Shown piece by piece: positions 55,443 through 64,000 of a DNA stretch of 64,000 nucleotides. Below the pieces are notes generated by a model. The model searched no databases. It was not told where the DNA came from and saw only the letters and a list, made by a program, of their open reading frames with translations. Origin of the DNA: Anaerolineae bacterium. GTDB lineage: Bacteria > Chloroflexota > Anaerolineae > 4572-78 > J111. Made by a program: the position numbers and the translations under genes. Every line of letters begins with the position of its first letter. Within the stretch, counting starts at the first letter, position 1. The DNA is taken from the NCBI GenBank assembly GCA_020433805.1, contig JAGRBZ010000007.1, forward strand, positions 249-64,248, read 5' to 3'.

Positions 55443-56956
55443 ATGATTGAAACTATTCAGCAATCGGTAAAATTACATGACCAATATCAAGTGGAAATAA
55501 AGCTGGATTATGAGTTGCTTAAGGCTAAACAGACTTATTATAAGATCACAACCTATTTCTTTGTGCCCCAAAGTTTGGGAATCACCAAAGACAGCTATAG
55601 CAAAGCCAACTTTTATCAGGACGTTCAAAACTATATTCGGTTGAAAACGCCTACGTTTACCCTGAGAGATTTCACCGAGAATTCAGCTTCTCCACTAGCT
55701 GTTATCGAAAGAATGATCTCATTTGAGAATTGGACCAGCAATCCTGACTGTAGAGACAAAATTATTAGTCAATTCAAGATTTTAAGTGCGATGCTCAAAA
55801 GCTCAATTAGAGACCTTTCAACCTCATCAAGCATAGAATAGACGAAGCCACCCCTGATAGTAAAATTTACTTGATTATCCATAATTTGGTTGAAGGATTT
55901 CTGGTGGAAAGCCAGAAAATAACCGATAAGTTTCGCTCGTTTTACCCAATCTTCAATCGGCCCAATATGGATACCGAGGTGTTCACAGCCTATGCCTTCA
56001 CCGATGAATCTATCAGCTTGTTGTTTGAAGAAAGTGCGACAGAGATGTTTAGGATCGTTGGAGATTACTCAAAGAAGAGCCAAAGGGTTAACTACAGGCA
56101 ACAACTAATCGCAATGGTCAAAGCCGAAACTAAACACCGGCGTTCTTTTGGCTATCGCTCCATTTTAAGTATCGGTAGCGACAATGAAGAATATGTCTTC
56201 AGAACCTCTGTTCTTAAAAAATACGCCGCTAGTGTGCTATACCTGTCAACAGCAGTACGACGCGAAGGAGTAGGTTTGGAGCAGATGTTATTTGCCATTG
56301 CAGCAGGAATATCGATGATATTTGCTACCCTTGTTGCTTTCTATTTTCAGTGGTGGTACGGTAACTTTACTTTTACTTTTTTCATTGCCCTGGTCATTGG
56401 CTATATGTTCAAGGATCGTATCAAGGAAATTGGCCGGGCTTTATTCAGCCGGTATCTGGACAACAAATTGTATGACCGGCGCATCGTGATTAAGACGCAG
56501 GACGGCAAACACAAATTGGGAACGCTGAAGGAGAAAGTAAGATTCATTAGGGAAGATGAGGTACCCAATCGAGTGATTAGAACTCGAAATAAGGGTCACT
56601 TTACCGACTTGGGTAATGATGGACAAGGAGAGAATGTTATCCGCTACACAAAAGAGGTTGTCTTATATACCGATGCATTCAAAAGAGCTTTTGTTGATAT
56701 CCCGAACACTTCCGGCATCAATGACATTATGCGTTATGATATTCGGGCTTATCTCAACAAAATGGCAGACCCGACTCAAGAACACTACTATCTACAAGAT
56801 GAACAATTGTTGTCGCTTCAATGTCACAAGGTTTATCACTTGAATATTATCTGTCGTTATGCCTCTCCTAATACTGACAAAGACAAATTGTTTACCCGCA
56901 CTCGCCTTGTTTTGAATCGAGAGGGAATAAAAAGAATTGAACAAGTACCGGTGTAG
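55443..56956 (+). pseudogene. Hypothetical membrane-associated protein, apparently one gene split by a frameshift near 55805-55835
   Basis: ORF 55443-55841 ends ...SSIRDLSTSSSIE*. The frame of ORF 55871-56956 is already open from 55811 (RPFNLIKHRIDEATPDSKIYLIIHNL...). Two TM helices lie around LFAIAAGISMIFATLVAFYF. AT-rich. Confidence 0.5.
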
Positions 56957-57014
56957 AAAAAAAGAGATCGAAAAAATCTACTTGGTGTGAGAGGGGTTAG
57001 GAAAAGATTAAAAT

Positions 57015-58112
57015 ATGAAAGTTATTCGCCTCCCGTTGATGGTTATGGGGATGGTAGCCTTGCTAGCTGGTATGTGGGCCGGATTAGTTCGCCTGGGCTG
57101 GGGCTGGCCGCCATTGCAGCCTGCGCTGCCTATCGCCCATGGCCCGTTGATGATTAGCGGCTTTCTGGGAACCGTCATCGGCTTAGAGCGAGCCGTGGCC
57201 CTTTCGGCAATCTCACCCGGTCGTCTCTGGACTTATTGCGTGCCACTGCTGGCCGGCCTGGGTGGTCTGAGTCTGATCGTGGGCCTGCCTCAACCCGTTG
57301 GGGCGGTGTTGATCAGCCTGGCCAGTCTGGGATTGGTCATCATTTTTGTCCTGATCCTCCGCCTGCAGCTGACCCGCTTCACACTCACGATGGCTATAGG
57401 TGCCCTACTTTGGCTTATAGGGAATGGCTTATGGGGATTAGGCTGGCCCATTTACCAGGTGGTATATTGGTGGCTCGGTTTCCTGCTGTTGACCATCGCC
57501 GGAGAACGGTTGGAGTTGAATCGGGTTCTCCGGCTATCCAGACCAGCCCAGATAATTTTTCTAGCCGGAATAGGGCTTTTTCTAATTGGCCTGGTAACGA
57601 CTATCTTTGCCCTTGACCAGGGTGTTCGTGTGGCTGGAACGGCAATGCTAATGCTTGCCGGGTGGTTACTGCGCTATGACATCGCCCGCTACACCGTGCG
57701 AAAAACCGGGCTAACTCGCTTCATCGCGATCTGCCTGCTCTCCGGTTACGTCTGGTTGGGAGTGAGTGGTATATTGGCTATGATGTTGGGCGGGGTCACC
57801 GCCGGGCCATACTATGATGCGATACTCCATACGGTTTTTGTCGGCTTTGTTATGGCCATGATTTTCGGTCACGCCCCGATTATCTTTCCGGCGATCACCG
57901 GCAAAGCGATGCCTTTTCGACCGGTCTTTTATAGTCATCTGAGCCTGCTCCATTTTTCGTTGCTCTTGCGGCTCAGCAGTGACCTGATGGTTTGGCCGCT
58001 CGGGCGGCAGTGGGGCGGCCTGCTCAACGGGGTAGCCATTTTGCTCTTTATAGCCAACACCGGATACGCTATGCTTGGGGCAAACAAAACGCCTCTATTT
58101 CAAATAAGTTGA
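57015..58112 (+). CDS. Polytopic membrane protein (10-12 TM), possibly NnrS-like; function not assigned
   Basis: Repeated His-containing TM motifs (AHGPLMISGFLGTVIGLERA, LTIAGERLEL, FGHAPIIFPAITG). It sits among NO-stress genes. Confidence 0.55.
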   Translation: MKVIRLPLMVMGMVALLAGMWAGLVRLGWGWPPLQPALPIAHGPLMISGFLGTVIGLERAVALSAISPGRLWTYCVPLLAGLGGLSLIVGLPQPVGAVLISLASLGLVIIFVLILRLQLTRFTLTMAIGALLWLIGNGLWGLGWPIYQVVYWWLGFLLLTIAGERLELNRVLRLSRPAQIIFLAGIGLFLIGLVTTIFALDQGVRVAGTAMLMLAGWLLRYDIARYTVRKTGLTRFIAICLLSGYVWLGVSGILAMMLGGVTAGPYYDAILHTVFVGFVMAMIFGHAPIIFPAITGKAMPFRPVFYSHLSLLHFSLLLRLSSDLMVWPLGRQWGGLLNGVAILLFIANTGYAMLGANKTPLFQIS

Positions 58113-58226
58113 AGCCAGGTTGGTGTGAAAAGTGATAAGCTATGATTGAGCATGGGGAAATCACGAGGAGGTATACTTCCCACCTACGCAAGTTATAGCC
58201 CCAAAAACCATAGAGGCAAAGCCGCG

Positions 58227-59030
58227 CTAAAGCAGTTCTCGCAGCCCCTCTCTGTCCAGAATTTTTATCTGGTGCCGGTCAAAGGCGATAAGCCCGGCCT
58301 GCTCTAGCTCTCTAAAAGAACGGACAACCATTTCCCGAACAGTGCCCAAATGGGCCGCAATTTCATCCTGTGTCCAACGATGACGGTCCAAAATAGCACC
58401 GTCGCGCCCCTCACGCAGCAAGAAAGCAGCCAACCGGCCCGTTACCGAGAGGAAGGAAACGGTGTAAATTCGTTTGACCAGATGGCGAGAATGTTGGGCC
58501 AGATTATTGATGATGACATCATTAAGTTGGGGATATTGCCGGCGCAGGCGGTCCATAGAATCCTTGGTAACCACCCAGACCGTCGAGTCCTCAATAGCGG
58601 CCAGGTTGGCCGGGTTGGGGCCGCCATCTACTGCCGCCACCTCGTTGCAAAAATTACCCGGCCTCAACAAGTGCAGAATGTGCTCACGTCCCTCACTAGA
58701 CATATGGTAAATCTTACCCAACCCCTCTACCACTAAATGCAGACCCCGGCCCGGCTCCCCTTCTAGAAAAATCACTTGGCCAGTGCTGTAATGCCGAACA
58801 ATTATCTCCTGGGCTACGCTTCTAAGGCCGTCATCATCTAAAGCCTGAAAATAGGGTATCCCGCTTATTAATGATTTTGTTTGAACATCAAATAGGGTTG
58901 GTATCGTCAATACCGTCTCCTCAAAAATTTTTACCGTAGACAGCCTTTCGGGAAGGTTGTGACAAAAGTCGCATTGTTCAAGGAAAGGAGTTGGTAGACT
59001 CACTTTATTCAATAAGTTTAATCCCGACAC
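58227..59030 (-). CDS. Crp/Fnr-family transcriptional regulator
   Basis: cNMP-binding beta-barrel (VIFLEGEPGRGLHLVVEGLGKIY...GREHILHLLRPGNFCNE). C-terminal HTH TQDEIAAHLGTVREMVVRSFRELEQAGLI. GTG start is uncertain. Confidence 0.85.
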   Translation of the reverse strand: MSGLNLLNKVSLPTPFLEQCDFCHNLPERLSTVKIFEETVLTIPTLFDVQTKSLISGIPYFQALDDDGLRSVAQEIIVRHYSTGQVIFLEGEPGRGLHLVVEGLGKIYHMSSEGREHILHLLRPGNFCNEVAAVDGGPNPANLAAIEDSTVWVVTKDSMDRLRRQYPQLNDVIINNLAQHSRHLVKRIYTVSFLSVTGRLAAFLLREGRDGAILDRHRWTQDEIAAHLGTVREMVVRSFRELEQAGLIAFDRHQIKILDREGLRELL

Positions 59031-59064
59031 TCAAGGGATGCAAAATAGCATAGGAGTATATCTA

Positions 59065-59364
59065 ATGACTCACGTAATTACAGCTTTATGCACTCGCGAA
59101 GGAGACTGTGTAGAAGTCTGCCCGGTCGACTGCATTGTTCCCGGTCCTAAAGAGGATGCTAACTGGGGTGATCTCTTCTTTATTGACCCCGATATCTGCA
59201 TTGATTGCGGCGCTTGTGTACCCGTTTGCCCGCCGGAAGCCATCTTCCCGGAAGAAGATATACCAGGCGAGTACGAGGATGATATCGCCCGCAACGCCAA
59301 CTACTTTGATGAAGGCCCCGGCTACTGGGATTATGATTTGGATGAAGAGCGAAGACAAACGTAG
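59065..59364 (+). CDS. FdxA-type (7Fe-like) ferredoxin
   Basis: CVEVCPVDCI and CIDCGACVPVCP with an acidic C-terminal tail. TAGGAG Shine-Dalgarno. Start set at ATG 59065. Confidence 0.85.
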   Translation: MTHVITALCTREGDCVEVCPVDCIVPGPKEDANWGDLFFIDPDICIDCGACVPVCPPEAIFPEEDIPGEYEDDIARNANYFDEGPGYWDYDLDEERRQT

Positions 59365-59386
59365 TTGGCTGGACAGGGACCTTACA

Positions 59387-59602
59387 ATGGTCGATTTCAA
59401 ACGTTCAATTAGTGGCTTTCATCAGGATGAGCTGGGGGATTGGGTTGCCGAGCTGGCCTGCGGCCACCAGCGCCATGTGCGCCACAATCCTCCTTGGACA
59501 AACCATCCCTGGGTTACTACTCCAGCAGGTCGCCGGAGTTTTATTGGGATTGAAATAGAATGCAAGTATTGCAGAGAAGAAAAATCTCAGGAGAATAATT
59601 GA
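59387..59602 (+). CDS. DUF3565-like small protein
   Basis: ISGFHQDELGDWVAELACGHQRHVRHNPPWTNHPWVTT...CKYC matches my memory of the DUF3565 pattern. Start ATG 59387 lies within the longer ORF-track entry. Confidence 0.7.
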   Translation: MVDFKRSISGFHQDELGDWVAELACGHQRHVRHNPPWTNHPWVTTPAGRRSFIGIEIECKYCREEKSQENN

Positions 59603-59605
59603 TTT

Positions 59606-61096
59606 ATGCGCGTTATGATTGTAAACCCCCGCTTTCATCTCCCCATCGACACTCGCACTAGCCCCCATCTGGGACTGGCCTATCTGGCCGCCGTTTCTGA
59701 GCAGCGCGGTGATGATGTGCTGGTGTACGATGCCGATGTGGAAGACGATCCGATTACAGAAGTTATTAACCGGTTTGACCCCCAAATTGTGGGCATTACC
59801 GCCAATACTCCCCAGGTTAAATCGGCCTGGCGCACGGCCCAAGCGGTCAAATCTATTAAAGATGTGCCGGTGGTGCTAGGCGGCCCTCATGTTTCCGTGT
59901 TGCCCGCCGAAAGCGCAGTCAAGCCCCAGGTTGATGTGGTAGTACGCGGCGAGGGCGAAGCCGTGTGGATCAAACTATGTGAAATTATCGAGCAAGCTGG
60001 TCAACAGACCTCTCACTTTTCGGCTCGAAACCTGCTCAATTCGGAAGCCGGGCTACTGGACGGGCTTTTGGGCATTAGCTACGTTACCACCGATGGCCGG
60101 GAGCGTCACAACCCCGACCACCCGCCCATTGCCGATTTGGATACCCTGCCATTTCCGGCTTACCACTTTTTCAAAATGGAGCGTTACACCAACCTGCAAC
60201 CGGCCACCGATGCGGTAGACGGGGCCAAATCCTTCTCGGTGATGACGTCGCGGGGCTGCCCCTATCGCTGCACGTTTTGCTCGCAAAGCATTATGCCCGT
60301 AAAATGGCGCGCCCGCAGCCCGGAGAGTGTGCTAGCCGAGTGGCAACATTTGGTCCACAACTTGGGCGCACAGGAGATTGGCGTGCTTGACGACTCGGCC
60401 AATATCCAGGTTAACCGGCTGGAAAAAATTGCCGACTTGCTGATTGAACACAAAATAAACCACGTGCCCTGGATATTTGTCAACGGTATTCGGGCTAACC
60501 TGGCTACGGTTCCACTGCTAACCCGGCTGAAACAAGCCGGGCTGAAGCGGGTGGCCTTTGGCGTGGAAAGTGGTGATCCAGGTGTGCTGCTCTCAATTGA
60601 TAAAAAGATTGATCACGACACCATCCGCCAGGCATTTAAAAACGCCAAACAGGCCGGGTTGGAAACCATCGGTTTTTTCATCATTGGCCTGCCCGGCGAA
60701 AATGAAGAAAGTATGGAACGAACCATCCAGTTTGCTTGCGAGGTTAACCCGCTCATAGCCAATTTCTCGATGATGACCCCCTACCCCGGCACCAAAGTGT
60801 ACGAGATTGTGAAACGGCAAGGCACACTTCTGCTGCAAGATTGGGAGGATTATGTCTTTTTTGACGGCAAAGCCCGCTACGAGTTAGGCGAGATGACCGC
60901 TGAAGTCGTTGAACGCAAATGGAAAGAAGCCTATCGCCGCTTTTATCTGCGCCCGCACCGGATAGCCCAAACCCTTACCCGCAAAGATTTCTGGCTCAAC
61001 TGGCAACGCACCTTCAAAGTAGCCTTCAAAACCATCTTTCCCAAAAGAGAAAAGGCCGGCTTGCGCGAGTCGGTAGAAGCCGGGCAGATTGTATAA
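59606..61096 (+). CDS. B12-binding domain radical SAM protein
   Basis: N-terminal B12-like domain (VMIVNPRF...LGLAYLAAVSEQRGDDV). GCPYRCTFCSQ radical SAM motif. Confidence 0.85.
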   Translation: MRVMIVNPRFHLPIDTRTSPHLGLAYLAAVSEQRGDDVLVYDADVEDDPITEVINRFDPQIVGITANTPQVKSAWRTAQAVKSIKDVPVVLGGPHVSVLPAESAVKPQVDVVVRGEGEAVWIKLCEIIEQAGQQTSHFSARNLLNSEAGLLDGLLGISYVTTDGRERHNPDHPPIADLDTLPFPAYHFFKMERYTNLQPATDAVDGAKSFSVMTSRGCPYRCTFCSQSIMPVKWRARSPESVLAEWQHLVHNLGAQEIGVLDDSANIQVNRLEKIADLLIEHKINHVPWIFVNGIRANLATVPLLTRLKQAGLKRVAFGVESGDPGVLLSIDKKIDHDTIRQAFKNAKQAGLETIGFFIIGLPGENEESMERTIQFACEVNPLIANFSMMTPYPGTKVYEIVKRQGTLLLQDWEDYVFFDGKARYELGEMTAEVVERKWKEAYRRFYLRPHRIAQTLTRKDFWLNWQRTFKVAFKTIFPKREKAGLRESVEAGQIV

Positions 61097-61182
61097 CCCA
61101 GGATACCGCAATCTGTTTTCTTGCCTCGCCTATCCTGTGTTAGAATATTTAGACAAACAGATAGTAGGATAATAGACCCAAA

Positions 61183-61428
61183 ATGAAACAAACCGCCGAT
61201 CGTCAAAAATATGAAGAATTGAGTGAGCCACACCAATTGGCCGAAACCATCCGGGCGGCCTGTATTCAAGCCGCTGTCGATGGTTACGAGGATGCCAGTA
61301 TGAGCGGTCTTTGCCATGAGGGAGCCTGGGAGCTTGCGATTGACGCGATTCGCAGTCTGAATATCAATGCCATTTTTGAGCAGATGGCGACAGATTTAAA
61401 GGATGGCCTGTCCCAGGAGTCTGGCTAG
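61183..61428 (+). CDS. Hypothetical protein (81 aa)
   Basis: ORF only. Its stop overlaps the GTG start of the kinase gene (TAGTG). Confidence 0.45.
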   Translation: MKQTADRQKYEELSEPHQLAETIRAACIQAAVDGYEDASMSGLCHEGAWELAIDAIRSLNINAIFEQMATDLKDGLSQESG

Positions 61429-62741
61429 TGTCTGCTTCCAACACTAATGACCGACAAACCAGTGAGCTATATGTTCTAACCGAGGTCGCCAAGGCGTTGA
61501 CCACGTCGCTGGCCCTCCCGGCGTTACTTGAAGCGGTGATGGAACGTATTGCCGAAGTGCTGGCCCCGGCTGAGTTTGGGGTGGTGCTGCTATGGGACCC
61601 ATCCACCGGGCTGTTTCGTCCTCAAGCCGTTTACGGCCCAACCTTTCCTAATCTGCAGGCGCTTCGCCAACTGAGTTTGCAAGAGGGCGAGTCGGTTACC
61701 GGAAAAGTTCACACCCGGGGCGAAACTATTGTCCTGAGCAATGAGATGGCCATTGCCGAGTTTATGGGTGATCTTCGGCCGGCTAATCGGGCCGCTTGGA
61801 ACCAGGCCCTGGATGTAGACATGTTGCCGCGCAGTATATTGGCCGGGCCATTGTGGGCCGGCGGTCACAAATTTGGGGTACTCATTTTAGGTACTATCCA
61901 GCGTAAAAAAGTATTCTCAGCCAATGATATTCCTTTTGTTCAGACCCTGGCCGACTTAATTGCCCTGGCCATTGACCGGGCCCGGCTGGAAGCTGAAGCG
62001 CTGGCTAGTTATGAAGCAAAACAGGCTGACCGGCTCAGAGCCGAAGCGCTGGCCACCCTGTCTCACGAACTCCGCACGCCTCTGGGGGCCATTAAAGGCT
62101 ACAGCACCGCCCTCCTGCTGGATGAGGTCGCCTGGTCTACCGAGAAACGGCGCGAGTTTCTACATCTCATCGAGGAAGAATGTGAAAACCTGGAAACAAT
62201 GATTGGTGATCTCCTTGACTCTTCACTCATTGACGCCGGCCAACTGACGCTCGAATACCAGCCGGTGCGCCTGGAGCGTCTGGCTCACGAGGTGGCTGAT
62301 GAAATGCAGCGCCAGAGTAATCAGCATACCATCGTTCTTGATTTCCCCGGAGCCTTTCCAATTATTGACGCCGACCCCTTGCGGCTTAAGCAGGTGCTGC
62401 GAAACATTGTCCACAATGCCATTAAATATGCCCCGAATGGTGGCCTGGTGATGATTCGTGGTCAGGTACGTCCCACCGATATCGTCATCAGCATTGCCGA
62501 CCAGGGCATTGGTATCTCGCCTGAAGATTTGATTCCCTTGTTTGAAAAGTACTTTCGGGTTAAATCGCCGGCCGGGCACCGCGTGCCGGGCACCGGCCTG
62601 GGGCTACCCGTCGCCAGAACCATTGTGGAGGCCCACCAGGGACGTATTTGGGCCGAGAGCAAGGTCGGTAAAGGGACAACGCTCTATTTCTCCTTGCCTC
62701 GCCAGGGTTTGAGTGCTGACCTGGAGCGCGACAATGAGTGA
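61428..62741 (+). CDS. GAF-domain sensor histidine kinase
   Basis: H-box LSHELRTPLGAIKGY, N-box HNAIKYAPNGG, G1 DQGIGISPEDL, G2 GTGLGLPVARTIVEAHQGRIW. An N-terminal GAF-like region is present. Confidence 0.88.
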   Translation: MSASNTNDRQTSELYVLTEVAKALTTSLALPALLEAVMERIAEVLAPAEFGVVLLWDPSTGLFRPQAVYGPTFPNLQALRQLSLQEGESVTGKVHTRGETIVLSNEMAIAEFMGDLRPANRAAWNQALDVDMLPRSILAGPLWAGGHKFGVLILGTIQRKKVFSANDIPFVQTLADLIALAIDRARLEAEALASYEAKQADRLRAEALATLSHELRTPLGAIKGYSTALLLDEVAWSTEKRREFLHLIEEECENLETMIGDLLDSSLIDAGQLTLEYQPVRLERLAHEVADEMQRQSNQHTIVLDFPGAFPIIDADPLRLKQVLRNIVHNAIKYAPNGGLVMIRGQVRPTDIVISIADQGIGISPEDLIPLFEKYFRVKSPAGHRVPGTGLGLPVARTIVEAHQGRIWAESKVGKGTTLYFSLPRQGLSADLERDNE

Positions 62742-63441
62742 AGGGCGTATTCTGATTGTTGATGACGAACCCAAACTGGTGCGTCTCGTTTCCGAAGTGC
62801 TCACCGCCACCGGCTACACCGTCGTGACCACGGCCAAGGGTGAGAAAGCGATTGAGCTGACGGCGGTGGAACAGCCCGACCTGATTGTATTGGACATTGT
62901 GCTGACCGGAGACCTGGATGGTTTTGAAGTGGCCCATCGGATACGCGAATTTAGTAGTGTGCCGATTATCATGCTTACCGCCAAAGCCCGCGAGTCTGAT
63001 CTATTGCGGGGCTTTGACGCAGGCGCCGACGACTACCTGACCAAGCCCTTTAGTGCCAAAGAGCTATTGGCCCGGGTGCGAGCACTTCTTAAACGGACAC
63101 GCCTCGAGGCGGTTGAACCCGGCCAGACAAAGATTGAATGTGGCCCGCTGCAGATTGATCCCGCCCGGCGGCGGGTCACGGCCGCCGGGCAAGAAGTCCG
63201 GCTGACCCGCACAGAGTATAACTTGTTGCATGAGTTGGCAACCCACGCCAACCAGGTTTTGCTTCACGAACAGCTTTTGACGGCGGTGTGGGGCTTTGAA
63301 TACCAGGATGATATTGACTATCTGCGCGCATACATTCGCTATTTGCGCCGCAAGCTTGAAGTTGAACCGGACACTCCCAGGCTAATCATCACTCAACCCG
63401 GCGTGGGTTACGTGCTGGAGTGTCCAGAAGAGCAGGCTTGA
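62734..63441 (+). CDS. OmpR/PhoB-family response regulator
   Basis: ILIVDDEP...DLIVLDIVL...MLTAKA receiver domain. C-terminal winged helix LTRTEYNLLHEL...VGYVL. ATG 62734 overlaps the kinase stop. Confidence 0.9.
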   Translation: MSEGRILIVDDEPKLVRLVSEVLTATGYTVVTTAKGEKAIELTAVEQPDLIVLDIVLTGDLDGFEVAHRIREFSSVPIIMLTAKARESDLLRGFDAGADDYLTKPFSAKELLARVRALLKRTRLEAVEPGQTKIECGPLQIDPARRRVTAAGQEVRLTRTEYNLLHELATHANQVLLHEQLLTAVWGFEYQDDIDYLRAYIRYLRRKLEVEPDTPRLIITQPGVGYVLECPEEQA

Positions 63442-63501
63442 TTTTGTTCGATAAGGGATAGTTTCCCTGAACAGTCCGGCTCACATCTGAGACCCAAAAA
63501 A

Positions 63502-63530
63502 GACCGCGGTTATGATATCGCGGTTTTTTT
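63502..63530 (+). terminator. Rho-independent terminator of the two-component operon
   Basis: gaccgcg-gttatgatat-cgcggt stem-loop followed by TTTTTTT. Confidence 0.7.
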
Positions 63531-63774
63531 CATGGTTTTTTCATGATTTACCCCTCACTTTCTATGAGTTTTTCATTGGATATGTCATATAATCGTAGAT
63601 GTGAGGGGCGCTGATATTCCTCCTCAGGGATAATGGTGACTGGAAAGTAACGTATGCCGCCCGGTTCCAGATCTCCAGTTGATATGTTTGCCCCTCACAC
63701 CATGAAGATAATCAACAGGCAGATGGGAGTACCCAATGATTATGTCCTTCAACACAAAACTAAGGAGGTTTACG

Positions 63775-64000
63775 ATGACGCCGGCAATTTCTGCTGTCGA
63801 GGTAAAGGAAACCCTACCTATCAGCCAGGTAACTCAACTGCGAGACCTGGCCCAGAATATCCAGGACAAGGCGCTGTTCCAAACGTATGCCAAGATGGTC
63901 CCGGTGCAGCGATCTCTGGGGTTGGAGCATCTGTTAAAAAATCGTGATTTCTTTGAGAGCTTCAAATACTCCCTGGCCAAAGCTGTAGCCCAAACACTCG
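63775..64000 (+). CDS. Hypothetical protein, 5' partial (runs off the window)
   Basis: TAAGGAGG lies 6 nt upstream of ATG 63775. The open frame MTPAISAVEVKETLPISQVTQLRDLAQNIQDK... continues to the window end. It is not in the ORF track because no stop is reached. Confidence 0.5.
   Translation, partial: MTPAISAVEVKETLPISQVTQLRDLAQNIQDKALFQTYAKMVPVQRSLGLEHLLKNRDFFESFKYSLAKAVAQTL

Noticed and set aside
53700-59065. FNR/CRP boxes (TTGAT-N4-ATCAA) upstream of the cupin, RIC, membrane-protein and ferredoxin genes
   Set aside because: I found only half-sites or direct repeats (for example atcaaagtctatcaa at about 53716). No convincing palindrome was seen by eye, so a PWM scan is needed.
63654-63947. 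97-aa ORF in the track near the window end
   Set aside because: It lacks an RBS and overlaps, out of frame, the ORF starting at 63775, which has a strong TAAGGAGG.
1-64000. CRISPR arrays, cas genes, reverse transcriptase or retron, CD-NTase/CBASS cyclase, restriction-modification methyltransferase
   Set aside because: I saw no regularly spaced short repeats. No translations showed RT (YxDD), CD-NTase or methyltransferase motifs. The Cap4-like domain at 20426 therefore appears to be used outside a CBASS context.

Overview
The window is bacterial chromosomal DNA and the lineage cannot be determined from sequence alone. All calls come from reading the supplied translations and DNA by eye, with no searches run.

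**Left edge (1-3.1 kb).** This is ordinary core sequence: a DEAD-box RNA helicase, an alpha/beta hydrolase and a minus-strand tRNA-Asp/Gln/Phe cluster.

**Accessory region (about 3.1-38.3 kb).** This is a compositionally mosaic island that opens with a tyrosine integrase.
- It holds a tightly packed, co-directional seven-gene cluster: STAS-GHKL ATPase, STAS(DUF4325)-wHTH, Zn-ribbon PD-(D/E)xK nuclease, DinG-like SF2 helicase, pPIWI-RE-like Argonaute-family protein, AddB-like and AddA-like.
- An AT-rich block follows with two very large genes, each headed by a PD-(D/E)xK nuclease domain. One is a 1038-aa Cap4-like nuclease / STAND-type P-loop / HEAT-repeat protein (Avs-like). The other is a roughly 2181-aa Mrr-like nuclease / TPR / PIN-like giant with no NTPase motif.
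- The two giants are separated by an IS4-family element (8-bp target site duplication (TSD), frameshifted transposase) and an IS110 remnant.
- The rest of the island holds a second XerC/D-like recombinase, a decayed esterase, an unknown ORF paired with a C39-like peptidase, an orphan ORF and a truncated second IS4 copy.
- Two roughly 300-bp direct repeats (4452-4752 and 37993-38295) bracket almost all of this island.

**Right part (38.7-64 kb).** This is respiratory and NO-stress flavoured.
- Intact genes include B12-radical SAM enzymes, NDH-2, a NarI-like / molybdopterin / 4Fe-4S / Rieske / TDT-transporter operon, a RIC-DUF2249 fusion, a Crp/Fnr regulator, a ferredoxin, DUF3565 and a GAF histidine kinase with an OmpR-type regulator.
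- It is littered with decay: an internally deleted qNOR, an M20 peptidase with a nonsense codon plus a frameshift, a deleted rSAM paralogue, an ISAs1 with a 10-bp TSD, and an IS5-like pseudogene carrying a nested MITE.

**Best novelty candidates.**
- The extended pPIWI-RE cluster with its STAS/GHKL head and AddAB tail.
- The AT-rich pair of nuclease-headed giants.
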